DNA of 48,201 bases, filler included, from Jimgerdemannia flammicorona (lineage: Eukaryota), in the NCBI GenBank assembly GCA_003990765.1. It is 2 parts of 2 records of this genome, joined end to end, with 100 filler letters (N's around TTAATTAATTAA, not from the genome) between each part and the next. Parts side by side here need not be neighbours in the genome. Positions count along the whole stretch, not along the records: positions 1 to 24,056 come from RBNJ01001024.1; 1 more part is not named here. The stretch is one strand, 5' to 3'. Each line of letters begins with the position of its first letter. Positions within the stretch are counted from its first letter, which is position 1. The position numbers and the translations under genes were made by a program. Positions 1 through 12,399 of the stretch are shown in pieces. The notes under the pieces are model-generated. The model was not told where the DNA came from, ran no database searches, and saw nothing but the letters and a program-made list of their open reading frames with translations.

Positions 1-1550
1 GCTCCGACACTCGCCGACTCATTCCATCCCTCCTCTGGGACATCTACCAACTCCTCTTCCCCAGTCGCCTCTACCAAACCCCCCTTCTCCACATTTGGTA
101 CTCCAAAGTGCACTTGTTGAGCACCGCGCATCGGCACATCTTCCCCTGCCCTACCCCTTGCCGCTGGACCCCTTCTGATAAGGGGAGAGGGCGAAGGTGA
201 GCCCGCCCAGGTCTCCTCCCAAACCTCCAGTGTGCCATCTGCATAAGGATTCTTGCTCGGCCCCTTCTCGGCCTCCACCTGCCCTCCCTCCTCACCCCTC
301 CCACTATCAGCAGCCCAAACACTCTCTGCAGCCCCTCCAGTGGTCGCATCATCGCTCGGCTTCCTCGTCACCTCCGCTCCCATTTTCGCCAACAATTCCT
401 TCTGCCTCCTGCGCCCTTGGGACCTCTCCCACACTTCCTTGTTGATGCGGACCCGCTTTCCTCCAACCACCTCAAGATGCGTCGCCGCCTCGAATGCCTC
501 CCAAGCCTTCGCCCTCCTCTCCACTGCTCCACTCAACTCCTCCAGTGCTTCCAGCAAATCCTCCTCCTCCTCCTCGTTCCCCTTCACTCTCGTCACCTTG
601 CACAAGAAAGCTCCCCACACCATCACTGAAGGCCAGTCCCGAGCCTTCCCAGTAGCCTCCCGCCCAGCCAACCTAATCCTGACGTCCACGTCCCCTGTCC
701 GGAGGGAGGTTCCCTCCCACACTCTGAAACCAATATCGACCACCTCGCCATACTCCGCCATGATCTCCTCAACTCTCTTCCTCGTCTCTACAGTAGTAAC
801 TGTGGGCACTCCTTTCACCAGAAGTTGCACCACTCTCGGGTCCCACCGCAGACATCGCACCATCGGTATGCACACCTCGCCCACTGTCATCCCCACCTTC
901 AAAGCCTCCTCCAGTGGTCCAGCCTCCTCAAACCCCACCTCGACCCCTTCCAGGCCCTTCAGGAACCTAACAGATGCCGCACCGATCATCTGCTTCGCAA
1001 TCAGCCCCAGAACCATTTTCGCCGTCACCGCCAATCCCCGGAAACACATCGTGACTGCAAATTCCAAGATCGACTTTTTGAGTAACGGAGCCACGGCCAG
1101 CCCCATTACACCATCCGCCAGGTCCCCGGTCCTCGCGCCCTTCCCACCGCTCGGCTCACCATCAGCAGTCCCATCTAGATTTTTTTCCAGATTGCCCGTC
1201 ACACCCCCATCAGCAGTCCCCGCCCCAGCCGCTACCCCCCCAGCCCCACCCCTAAGGCCCTCCAGAGAGGCACCCCCATGAGGTTGCTGCCCTGTAGCCT
1301 TCCCCGGCACCTTCCCTCCCCTCAGCCAGCTCTCCAGACCCGCTCCCTGCTGACCCCCCTTCACCTTCTCTGCGAAGCTCACCCTGCCAGATCCTTGACC
1401 GCCCGTTCCACCCCCTCCGCCACTGCGTCCTCCCGCCAGCAGACCCCTCATACTGCCCCCCAGACCAGGGCCTCTCCCTACTTGCTGCCATTCGAACGCT
1501 CCGGGGCCACCCTGCCCAGTACGCACCCCAGAGTGCATGTTGGTTGCCAT
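1..1550 (-). CDS. LINE ORF1 protein, uninterrupted to the window edge (partial)
   Basis: Manual translation from ATG 1550: MATNMHSGVRTGQGGPGAFEWQQV...LADGVMGLAVAPLLKKS...WDPRVVQLLVKGVP...EYGEVVDIGFRVWEGTSLRTGDVDVRI... with no stop to base 1. Absent from the ORF track because it has no stop codon in the window. Confidence 0.85.
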   Translation of the reverse strand, partial: MATNMHSGVRTGQGGPGAFEWQQVGRGPGLGGSMRGLLAGGRSGGGGGTGGQGSGRVSFAEKVKGGQQGAGLESWLRGGKVPGKATGQQPHGGASLEGLRGGAGGVAAGAGTADGGVTGNLEKNLDGTADGEPSGGKGARTGDLADGVMGLAVAPLLKKSILEFAVTMCFRGLAVTAKMVLGLIAKQMIGAASVRFLKGLEGVEVGFEEAGPLEEALKVGMTVGEVCIPMVRCLRWDPRVVQLLVKGVPTVTTVETRKRVEEIMAEYGEVVDIGFRVWEGTSLRTGDVDVRIRLAGREATGKARDWPSVMVWGAFLCKVTRVKGNEEEEEDLLEALEELSGAVERRAKAWEAFEAATHLEVVGGKRVRINKEVWERSQGRRRQKELLAKMGAEVTRKPSDDATTGGAAESVWAADSGRGEEGGQVEAEKGPSKNPYADGTLEVWEETWAGSPSPSPLIRRGPAARGRAGEDVPMRGAQQVHFGVPNVEKGGLVEATGEEELVDVPEEGWNESASVG

Positions 1551-1632
1551 GATACTAATAGTTTGTCACCAGAAACTGTGTCGAAAGTGTTGCCAAAAGG
1601 TTGTGTAACCTGAATGTTACCGGAGAAAGATG
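1..1632 (-). mobile_element. L1/Tx1-like LINE copy A, 5' part (young, CpG-rich; continues off the left edge)
   Basis: 5' end CATCTTTCTCC... matches the 5' ends of the copies at 8743(-), 39236(+) and 42334(+). ORF1 is homologous to those copies. Confidence 0.9.
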
Positions 1633-1635
1633 TGC

Positions 1636-2797
1636 ACAGTTGGGATACTCTTGCAATACCAGTGGTCAGGGGAGGTCTTGGCCTGGTGGATCTCCCTAAA
1701 AGGCTGTACTGCTTACAAGCCTGGTGGTTGAAGAGAGCAGCTGAACTACAGGGAAGGGAGTGGGTGCTACTGATGCAGAAGGTGTGGGAGATGAGGACCT
1801 CCCCTTAAGGGTCCTCTGGAGATTTACTCTCTTTGGTGGGGCTGAATAGAAGTCAGTGTCTGCAGTTTAAGGGCTTTTGGTGGGGGTGGTAGATGTAGTA
1901 CACCATATTGGCCTACACTGGCAAGGCAATGAGGGGGAGGTGATATGGGGTCCTGGTATGTGGTGGTGGGACAGGCTACTTCTGGGGGGTGCTTCTCTTA
2001 CTGAGTTTGATATTGGAGTTAGAGTAGAGTGTCAGCAGGGTCTTGGCCAGGATCTTTGGCCAAGTGGCTGGCAGGTGGTAGGGATCAGTAAGGAGTGGGA
2101 CTGGGCAGATATCTGGTCATGGAGTGCTGAGGTGCAGAGGTGGCTTCCTCCCAAGTTCTGGGTAGTATGGTGGTGAATGCTGAGGAGGAATATCATGTTA
2201 AACTACTACTCAGGGCATCTGGTGGATGGTGGCCATTTAGATTGTGAGAAGTGTTATAATGTTGGGCAAGCTGGAGGACTTGTACAGACACTGGAACACT
2301 GACTAGGAGAGTGTGAGGTATTGGGGGACTTTTGGATAGAAATAGCAAATAGGCTGGGTGTGGAGTGGAGGCCGGCAGGTGAGGGAGGCTGCTGGGAGGA
2401 CTTGAGATCTCAGTTAGTGGGTAGTATAGGTGATAGTTGGCTCACTGTAGGTTGGGTCTTAGCAGTGTGAGTGGGCCTGGCTGGATATTGGCTTTTTGTA
2501 TTCAAGGAGGGGAGGCAGATGGGACTATAGAAGAAGGTATTACAGTGGGGGGAGTTGTTGGGAGATCTGCTGACTAGATGGTGGATGGGTTGGGGTCCTC
2601 AGGGGGGGTGATGTTGCAGCTTAGTGGCAAGGATCTGTGAACAGAGTAGTGGGAGGATAGAGATAGTGTTGGACAAAGTGGCCTTATGTTGGGTGAGGGT
2701 AGGGGGAGAGGGCTCCCCTAGGGGGATTGGTTAGGGGGTGGGTTCAATGTATTTATATGGGATAGATGGATTAATAAAGGAAGAAAGTCCAAGTAAC

Positions 2798-2835
<38 letters not shown>
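1636..2835 (+). mobile_element. LINE 3' fragment (degenerate ORF2 C-terminus, 3' UTR, poly(A))
   Basis: SWDTLAIPVVRGGLGLVDLPKRL matches the post-RT region of copy B. Cys motif CEKC...GEC, AATAAA at ~2773, poly(A) 2801-2835. Confidence 0.9.
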
Positions 2836-2870
<35 letters not shown>

Positions 2871-2929
2871 GTCACTTGGACTTCCTTCCTTTATTAATTC
2901 CTATCTATCCCATATAAATACAATGAGCC

Positions 2930-5900
2930 CACCCCTTATCCAATCCCCCTAGGGGGGCCCCCTCTCCCTACCCCTTCTCAATGAAAGACCACCTTGTCTA
3001 ACACTATCACCACCCTCCCACCACTCTGCTCACAGATCTTTACCACCAAACTGCAATGTCATCCCCCCTGAGGACCCCAACCCACCCACCACCCAGTCAA
3101 CAGATCCCCCAACAGCCCCTCCCACCTCAACATCTTCTCTCACAGCCCCAACCGCTGCTCCTCCTCAAATACACAAAGCCAATGGCCCGCCAAGCCCACC
3201 CATACTGCTAATACCCACCCTACCATAAGCCAACTATTACCCACCCCACCCACAAGCCAAGATCTCAAGTCCTCCCAGCGACCCCCCTCCCCAACCAGCC
3301 TACGCCCCACACCCAATCTATCCCCTATTGCAGTCCAAAACTCCCCCAAAACCTCACACTCTCCCAGCCAATGTTCTGGCATCTGTACATGACCCCCAGC
3401 TCACCCAACATCATAACACTCCTCACAGTCAAATTGTCCACCAACTACCAAATATCCCGTATGGAAATTCAGTATGACATTCCTCTGCAACATTCTCCAC
3501 CATACCACCCAGAACTTGGGAGGAAGCCACCTCTGTACCTCTGCACTCCAAGACCAGATACTGGCCCAGTCCCACTCTTTGCTGATCCCTGTAGCCTATC
3601 ATCCACTCGGCCAAAGATCCTGGCCCAGTCCCTGCTGACACTCAACTCTCTCCCCAATATCGAATGTAGCAAGTGGAGCACCCCCCAGGAGCAGTCTATC
3701 CCAATGCTACATACTAGGCCCCCACACTGCCTCCCCCTCATTGCCTTGCCAGTGCAGGCCAATTTTGTGTGCCCCATCAGCCATGCCCCACCAAAAGCCC
3801 TTGAACTGCAGCCTCCTAATTCTATTCAGCCCCACCAAAGAGAGCAGATCTCCAGAGGACCCTTGAGGGGATGTTCGCATCTCCCATACCTTCTGCAGCA
3901 GAGGCACCCAACCTCCACCCTGCAGTTCTACAGCTCTCTTCAACCACCAGGCTCGCAAGCAATGCAGCCTCTTAGGGAAATCCACCAGGCCAAGACCACC
4001 CCTGACTACCAGTCTGGCAAGAGTATCCCAACTGACCTGAGCCCTCCTCCCTGCCCAAATCCAATTCCTAGCCACCTTCATCAGCTTCTTCACCACTCAT
4101 GCTGGGAAGTCGAGGTGATATGCCACATACCACAGTTTGGAGAACCAATATACATTCAGGATTGACACCCGCCCCACTAGAGAGATATGGCAGCCTCCCC
4201 AGCTTCAAAGAGCCTCCCCCCAAATGTTCACCCTGCTCTCTCACCACACTCATGGTAAGACAGAACCATATACAGAGAGGAAGATGCCCAGATACTGCAC
4301 CTTCTCACCGATAAGGACAATTGTTCCAATGATGTCCCCACTCACTAGCCCATTCTCTAGCACTATTGTCTCACACTTGTGCCAGTTGAGCTTTGCCCCT
4401 GAGTGAGCCTCATACCATTCTACAGTCTCCTGAAGTGCCTCTACATCCACTACTGACCCAAGTCCAACCACTATATCATCAGCAAAGACCCCCACCTTCC
4501 ACACTATACCATAAATAGAGAGCCCTGCCACCTTCCGGCGAATCCTATCTATCAACGGCTTCAGCGAAAGGGCATAGAGAATAGGGGACAGAGGGTCCCC
4601 CTGAGGAACTCCTCTTCCCAAGGAAAATGCCTTCCCACAGTGACCATTACACGTCAGAGCTGCTTGACTGCCTTCCAGCAGACTCAATATAGAGGCCCTA
4701 AATCTCAGGAGAACCCCAATTCGGTCCAATACCTTGCCCAGCCACACCCGCCATACATAGTCATAGGCCTTCTCCTGGTCCAAAAAGACCAACCTTCCAT
4801 CCAGTCCACAGGCCTGGGCCCCTTCAATGATACCATGAACCCATGCAGTCCCATCTCTTATAAGTTTGCCCCCAACAAAGCCCCGCTGCTCCTCCCCCAG
4901 CACCTGTTGGGCAACTTTCTGCAGCCTTGCAACAATCACCTTAGTCACCATCTTCCTGTCCATGTCCAGAAGTATGATCAGCCTCCAGTTCTTCCAGTCT
5001 TCCCTCCTCCCCTTGTCTTTGTACAACAAGGCCACCAGTCCGAGATCCTGCTCTCCAACCCACTCACCACTCTGCAGGATATGGTCACAGAGAGCAGCCA
5101 TCTCACTCAAAACTCCAGGGACATTCACCATCTTCTTCCAGAAGTCCCATGGCAATCCATCCTCCCCTGGTACTGTCCCAAGTTTAGTAGCTGCCAGGAC
5201 ACTCTGTATCTTCTCTCCCTGCAATGGTAAGATTAAGTCACCCAGTCCAGCTACTTGTGGCGGCCCCCACTCTTCCAGTGTATTCGCAATCTCTGCCTCA
5301 TCAGCACCCCCATCTCCCTCACTCCACAAGCCCTGCCATCTCTCCTTCAAAACCCCTAAGATTTGTTGTGTGCCATGCACCATTTCCCCATCAGCATTCA
5401 GGACCCCATCCCACCAATGTTGCACTCTCCTAGCTTTGAGAATTCTTGATAAGTACCTAGTAGGCCGTTCACCCTCCTCAAGCCCCTGCCACCTTAACCT
5501 AGCAGCCATGCCCTACATATGGGTCTCCTCCTCTTCCTGCAACACCTGTTGTAGTTTCCCTATCTCCAACTTTGCCCTCTCTATCCTCCAGTCCTCCACC
5601 CCCTCAACAGTGAGCAAATCTGCCCAATCCATTTGTAGTCTCCTCAGTCTGCTGGAAGCACACCTCGTGCACCTCTTCCTCTGCCTACTGGCCTCTCTAC
5701 CAGCCCCTCCCCAATAAACCCTCGCAGCCTCTTTCAGTCCCATCCAGCAGACAGCTACAGGCAAACCCTCATGCCTCCAGTTAAAAACTTTTACCTGAAT
5801 GTCCTCCACCCACAATTCCCACAACCCCTTCTCAGCCAGCAGGGAGGAGTTAAGGCACCAATGTCCAGGTCCATCTCCACTCCCCCCAAACCACCCCTGC

Positions 5901-6595
5901 CTCAACAGGCCCCAGTGATCAGACCATGGGCACCACTCCACCTCCAATGCCTTCCAAACATCCAAACCCCAGCACTCCACCATCAGAATCCAGTCAATCC
6001 TTATGCCCAAGCCATTCATCCAATGTGTGTAGACCCTGGTATCACCCCACCTCATTCTGCCCATATCCCCCAAGGAGCTCAATGTCTCTACCTCCTCCCA
6101 TGCATCCAGACCTCCACTTCTACCCCCAGCACTCCTCCCTCCATCAGTTCTGTCCAGATGCTGATCCCGAACCATATTAAAGTCCCCACCAAGAACATCG
6201 ACCCCTTCCTCTAAGAGAATACCCTCCTCCAGCAGCCCCCTAATCCAAGCAATCCTCTCACCCCTAACTGCAGGGCAGTAACAAGAGCCCACCTTCACCA
6301 ATTCCCACTCTGGACGATACCAATCTCCCCAGACCAAGCGATCACCCCAGCTCCTTATTCCCCCCAAGTCACCCCTGCCCTTCCTCACCAGAATCGCAAT
6401 CTTTCCAAACCAAGCAGTAGCCCCACCCCATTCCCTAGTCCACTCTACCCAATTATCCTCATCTTCACACTGAACATCCTGTAGTAAAAAGAGATCAGCC
6501 TCCAAACCCTTGAGCCAAGTAAAAATGTTCTTACGCTGCCCCGAGCCCCGTAACCTATTCACATTCAAGGAGAAAATATTGGTTGTACTGTTCAT
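2930..6595 (-). pseudogene. LINE ORF2 (APE endonuclease + RT + C-terminal Cys motif), disrupted; 3' boundary approximate
   Basis: APE: NIFSLNVN, LLQDVQ, GGDFN, RIDW, SDH. RT: PGEDG, QRGF, FLDQEKAYD, GVPQGDPLSPILY, FADD. In-frame stops and frameshifts (e.g. 5513). Confidence 0.93.
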
Positions 6596-6626
6596 AAAGA
6601 ATAATGATATATTGTAGTCCCAACCT

Positions 6627-8662
6627 CTACAAGTCTGCATTCCGCTCCTCCTGCACCAAGTCCAAGTCACGTTCAGCAGCTAGTTCCCTCTCCCCAGCCT
6701 CCCGTGCTGCCAACTCTCCCAGAAGTTCTACCATAGCCCCATCTTTATGCTCCTCAAAGTCCTCCTGATATTCCATACAGGCCTCCTGCCAGAGCCACAG
6801 ACCATGACGCACTGCCCAACAGTAGGTCGCCCACTCACCAGCAACCACCTCCAGCTCTGCCTTCCTCACCTCGTCAACCTCATATCCCTCCTCCTCTAGG
6901 AAAATTGCCAGAATCTCCACTTTCAGTACCTCCACCATCTCATTGCTGTGCAGAATCCTTTCCCAATACTCCTCAGGCATCGCCCTCAGGTCCACTTCCC
7001 CCAAAGCCTCTGCTGTGAGATTATCCATCACCTTGTGCATCCACAACAAGTTCCCCACCTCCTTCCCTCCTGGAGTCCCCAGCTGCCCTGCATCCAATAT
7101 CATGGTGTTAGCTCCTACACTGGCAGCCTCATCCCACTCCTCCTCAGGGACATCCACCAGTTCATCCTTGCCAACCGCCACCACCTGACCCCCTTGAGCC
7201 ACATCAGGGACCCCAAAGTGCACCTGCTGGGCCCCCTACATCCGTGTATCCTCTGTCATCCCTCTCTTCACAATCGGGCCCCTCCTGATAAGTGGGGGGG
7301 GGGTGGCATCCAACTCTGGCTCCCACACTTCGAAGGTACCATCAGCAAACGGGTTCTTGGCCAGCATCTTCCCAGCCTCTGCCTCCTTTGCCACCACCTC
7401 CTCCCCTTCTTCACCAGCCCAGACACTGGCCTTAACGCCTCCAGCCTCCTCAGCTCCAACCAACCTCTTCTCCACCCCTCCAGTCATACTTGCCAATAGC
7501 TCCCTCTGCCTCTTGTATCTCTGGGCCTGCTCCCACTGCTTCTTATCCATACAGATACACGTCCCACCCACAACCTTCAGATGCGTCGACTCCTCAAACA
7601 GTTTCCAGGCCTTCGCCCTCCTCTCCACTGCACCACCCAACTCCTCCAGCACCTCCAACAAGTCCTCCTCCTCCTCTTCACTCCCTTTCACCCTTGACAC
7701 CTTGCAGATGATGGCCCCCCACATTAACACCGAAGGCCAGTCACTTGACTTCCCTGTGGCCTCCTTCCCTACCAACTGAATCCTAACATTGACGTCACCT
7801 GTCCTGAAAGTCATCCCTTCCCACAACTGAAAGCCGATGTCCACCACATCACCATACTCTACCATCACCTCCTCCACCCTCTTCCTAGTCTCCTCTTTCA
7901 TCACCGTGGGCACCCCCTCACCAGAAGCTGCACCACCCTGGGGTCCCACCTTAAGCACCTCACCATGGGGACCACCATCTCCCCAACCACCACTCTAGAC
8001 CTTATCGCCTCATCCAGTGGGCCCGCCTCCTCAAAGCCCACCTTGACCCCCTCCAGACCCTTCAAAAACTTTACTGAGGCCACCCCAGCCACCTGCTTCA
8101 AGATAAGCCCCAGAACCATCCTCGCTGTCACCGCTAAGCCCCGGAAGCACAAGGTGGCCATGAACTCCGAGATCGACTTCTTGAGCAATGGGGCCACTGC
8201 CAGTCCCATTACACCATCTGCCAGATCCCCCTTCCACATCGGGAACCCCTGTCCTCCCTGGCCATCAGCCATCACATCTCTTTTTTTTTCCTCCTGATTC
8301 GCCATCACGCCACCATCAGCAGTCCCACCACTGCCCTCAGCAGCTACTCCACTTCCCCCACCTCCCACTGATGAAGGCCCAGCTCCCCCAGCATTCCCAG
8401 CCTTCTTCTTCCCCTTCCCTCCTGCCTGTCCACCATGAGTGCCCATCGGCCAGCCCCCATCCCTCAGCGTGTCTGCAAAGCTTCTTCCCTGCTGCCCTCC
8501 AGCCCCCCCACCAGCGCCGCTTCCACTCCCCGAGCTGCCCTGCCCACTCGAGCCACCAAAAGACCCCATCTCCAATCCATACCCTCTCCTGACATACTGC
8601 CAGTTGAAGGCCCCAGGTCTACCCAACCTAGTACGCGTGTCAGCTAGCTTGCTGGTTGATAT
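6627..8662 (-). pseudogene. LINE ORF1, frameshifted; start codon appears mutated ATG>ATA
   Basis: Track ORFs 7901-8755, 7236-7958 and 6627-7223 are colinear with the intact ORF1 of copy A. Confidence 0.85.
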
Positions 8663-8759
8663 CTCCTTAATATCTTTCTCCAATAAATGATTTGAAAGTG
8701 TGTTGTAAAGTGTGTGTAATGTGAATTGTAGTGGAGAGAGATGGTTGCATCCCAATACT

Positions 8760-9510
8760 TTTAAAAGGAGTTTTCAAAAAGTTCAGGTTTTTGAAAAAGG
8801 TTGGGTTTTCAAAAAAGATTGGATTTTTGAAAAGGTCAGATTTTTGAAAAAGGTTAAAAGATCAGGTTTTTGAAAAATATTGGGTTTTTTTCAAAAAATG
8901 GTATCTTATATTTTGAATTATTGATTTTTCACTCTAAATATTAGCTATAACAACAGACAATATATCTATCAACAATATGTTTTTTCAAATAATTAGAATA
9001 GAGTTCAATTATAGCCTTAACTATCAGCCAATACAATATGTGTACTATATAACTCATATTATTAATCTAGCTATTCAAGTCTTTTTAATCTGTCTGAAGA
9101 CTGATAATGATGGAGAAATGATTTCAAGTCTCCAAATGAGTATTATCAAGATCTGATCATCAATATAGTATCATAAGGATTTACTACACAATGTAAAGCC
9201 TATGGAATTAACAATCTAAAGAAGCTTATTTTGGACATTAAGACTTAGTAGAACTCAATATATTTGAAGATTAAATGGACTATCAAATTATCAGAGATAA
9301 TTATATTTAATTATATTTAATTTTTTAATTGAGTATATGAGTGATATGAGTCTATACATATCTGAGTCTAATCTAATGAATTTATTTTTATTAATAGTCC
9401 TTAAATTCAATAGTTATAGCTGATAAATATTTGCCACAATATGCTATTAGAGATTATACTTAGCAGTTGCCAGAAGATATCATTTTGGTATTAAAGAGTT
9501 TTCAATATAT
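8760..9510 (+). pseudogene. hAT transposase relic A, segment 1 (preceded by TTTTTGAAAAAGG-type repeats)
   Basis: Degenerate ILAITTDN..SN and QYVYYITHIINL (from ..RC.AH..NL). Homologous to the reverse complement of 23470-24050. Interrupted at 9510 by the LTR element. Confidence 0.7.
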
Positions 9511-10767
9511 TGTAATGTACCAGACTCAATGGAGGCAAATTACAAGGTTGGGGGTTGATATAGTTTGGCTTGAGCCCCCAGTTACTTGTCAAAAGCAACA
9601 AAATGTTCTAAGATTCTTGAGGTCTTTGGTGTTTAGTGGTATTATAGTCAAGTTCTGGATACAATGGTTGATTTCATCAGGTTTCCTTATTGGGACAGTT
9701 CTCTGGATGTAGTGACGATTTGTGAATGGGTTTCCTTCTTGGGTCAACTGGGAATTGGTAGAATTTCGTATGTAGCATGACCGATCTCCATGTGTGACAG
9801 TCTGGCAATTTAGCGGTTCTCCTTCTTGAGTGGCGGGTGATCTCTGTGTAGCGCGATGATATCTGTATAGTGTGACGATCTCCAAAAGTATGCGATTTCT
9901 GTGTGATGATCTTGCGAACAGATTTCCTTATGCGATTTGGTGGACAACTCGATTTGGCGTCGATTCTCCTGAAGCGAACTCACTGGGAATAGAGGATGAT
10001 GTGGATTCTTCTCACTGGGAATTATACTGGCAGCGGATTCACTGGGAACAGATAGGTAACTAGGATGATGCAGATAATTCAGGTAACTCGGATAACTCGG
10101 ATATTGTGGATTCTTCCTGAATCAGCGGGCTTCTGGGAATAATAACTCAGATGGCACGGGAACAAATAACTCGGGTTCTTGGCAAGTTATGTCAAAGACT
10201 GGCTTTATTTGCACAGGGTTATGTCATAGACTGGCTTCACTGCAAAGTTGCATCAGATAGACTGGCTTATGGCAAGAATAGCAGGCTCTCTGGGAATGTG
10301 GGTTTCTCTTCAGGCTTATCTGGCAAGTGAACCAAGGCTTTGTATCAGAAAGTGGACTGGAGTGGAAAAAGGGCAAAGCTCACAATCTCCGAGTAGTAGC
10401 TGTAGAGCAATCCTTCCTGGATCAAGTGGCTTTTGGCAGGTGTAGCTTTGTATTTCAGAACTGAGGTTTATTCACTCTTGTCTCTGGGGTATTTTATACA
10501 TTGTGGTTGCTATCTAGTTGCTATGTGGCTAACTATAGATTTGCTACTTATGGCAAGTTGTGCAGGTCCAGTACAAGTATGTAGGTCTGGCACAGGTGTG
10601 CAGGTCCTACACAGATATATCTTATCTGGTAGTCTGGCTATTTATACAGTTTTCTACAGCAATGGTTGCTGTGTTTTGTTACTATGCTATGTTATCTGAC
10701 TAAGTTACTAATTGTTTGCATTATCTGGCTAAGTTATAATTCAGATGGTACATTTTGGTTTATCACA
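9511..10767 (-). repeat. 3' LTR
   Basis: Direct repeat of 18317-19641; reads TGTAAT...ATCACA on +. Adjacent G-rich tract TAGTGGGGGCTGA on - strand is a weak PPT candidate. Confidence 0.93.
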
Positions 10768-11399
10768 TCAGCCCCCACTAAAGGATGGTCTATTCTCAGA
10801 CTGTCCTTTAGTCATCATTTCAGTGTGGATAGGCATCTTCTGCATCAATATCTGTTCCATCATCCTTGCTGTCTATACCATGATTGCTCTATTCTAGTGG
10901 TTCTTCTTCTTCTGGGAACAGGATTTCAACAGTATTAATGATGCTCCTTTAGGTGACTAGGCTCATTTCTCATGCATCATACTAAGAGAATTGTGCTTAT
11001 ATCAGGGCTGCAGGGTTTTATTTATAAAGGGTGTAGAGCCTGTCTGCAGTAGTGATATCTCTCCTTGATAGTTCTGTGGTGTTTCTAATGTATGTTTGTT
11101 CTGGGACTGGAAGGTTCTGCAGTTGTTCTCCAATTACATAGTGGGCCTGAAGTTGATAGACTTGTAACAATCATTTGGCCAGGACAAGATTCTCTTGATG
11201 AATCTGGATTCTCTGGAGAGTATTTCCATTGACTGCTCAGAATTGGGGTAGGGAAACTGGTAGTAATTGAAATGAGCTGAGGATAAGAGTCTGAAGGCAG
11301 TTGTCAACTTTCTGATTCATGATGTGGGGAAAGGTATATCTTGAGGTGATTGATGTGTACTGGTGTTCTCAGGGTTTGTCCCTCCATACTTCTTAAATA

Positions 11400-12180
11400 G
11401 ATACTAGTTTCTCTGATGTATGCACAAGATAAGGTCCTTCCCACTTGGGCTCCAATTTGGTAGCAAAGTTTGTTTCAACCATGCTTCTCCAAACTAGTAC
11501 TTGATCTTCAATCTTGATCTTCTGATCCTTCTGCTTCTGGTCATAGTACCTCTTTTATCTTTCTTGGGCTTTGGTAATCTGAACTTGGGCCTGATTATGT
11601 AACTGCTCTTCCTTTTTGAAGAGGTCTCCAAGGTTCTCATGGTCAGCAGTTCGGGTTTTATTAGCAAACATCATTTCAAATAGCTTTTGTTTGGTGGAGG
11701 CAACAGGGGTGTTCTGAATTTCCCATAGGATCTCAGGTAAGCAGAGGCCCCAGTTGGTAGAATTGACTCAGGCAAGTTCTTTCTTGATAGTCTGGTTCAT
11801 TCTTTCTGTCATACCATTGGTCTGGGGGTGGTATAATGTAATCTGTTTGAGGTGGATCTTGTGAATTCAGATATAACTTATGATTATATTATTGATGAAT
11901 TCTGTGTCTCAGTCAGAGATGAGTTCTTCTGGAGGTCTATATCTGAGTGTGAGTCTATGGAGAAGGCCTACAATGGTTAAGACATCTGTGATTTCCATTG
12001 GGAAAGCCTTGGGCCACTTGGTCAGATGTTCTACAAATATAAGAATATACTTATTCTTCTTAGTATAGCTGGTAGGGGTCCAATAACATCTACTCTCTAT
12101 CTCTGAAAGATATTATCTAGTGGTGTGATTGATTGCAGTAGTGCTTGGTAATTCTTCCTTCCTTAGTACTTCTGGCAGAT
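11400..12180 (-). pseudogene. Integrase core, degenerate
   Basis: VEHLTKWPKAFP, PEELISD, YHPQTNGMTERMNQTIKK on - strand, with stops. Confidence 0.85.
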
Positions 12181-12399
12181 GTCATATTTCTTGAGTATAT
12201 TCCAGACTTGTGTTCTGAGGTTGGGCCAATGTTGGTGTGTTGTTTACAACTTTTCTTCTATGTTTGCTTATCCTTGATGGGCTTTTTTGTGTTCTTTTTG
12301 GATGAGATCTTCTTGTGCCTTGATGGTCTGAGGAGCTTCCTTTAGAGTGTAGTTTCTCAGGACACCCTTCTTCTAATTCATTGGGGCTGACAGAAAAGT

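Larger units (their letters stand above)
2838..8743 (-). mobile_element. Full-length L1/Tx1-like LINE copy B (~5.9 kb, degenerate)
   Basis: Poly(T) 2838-2867 on + strand, ORF2 with APE and RT, ORF1, and family 5' end at ~8743. Confidence 0.95.

Noticed and set aside
253..1281. Long + strand Ser/Pro-rich ORFs (also 4866-5717, 7303-7779 and many similar)
   Set aside because: Antisense shadows of purine-rich LINE and LTR coding strands; no independent motifs.
1..2835. Twin-priming inversion (5' end joined head-to-head with a 3' fragment)
   Set aside because: The left part is CpG-rich and intact while the right part is CpG-depleted with stops. Different ages favour a young insertion into an old copy.
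8760..8900. TTTTTGAAAAAGG repeats as telomeric or satellite DNA
   Set aside because: Irregular, and similar sequence borders hAT relic B, so it is part of the transposon.
10780..11400. env-like gene or chromodomain after integrase
   Set aside because: No sustained ORF, transmembrane segment or chromodomain motif recognised.
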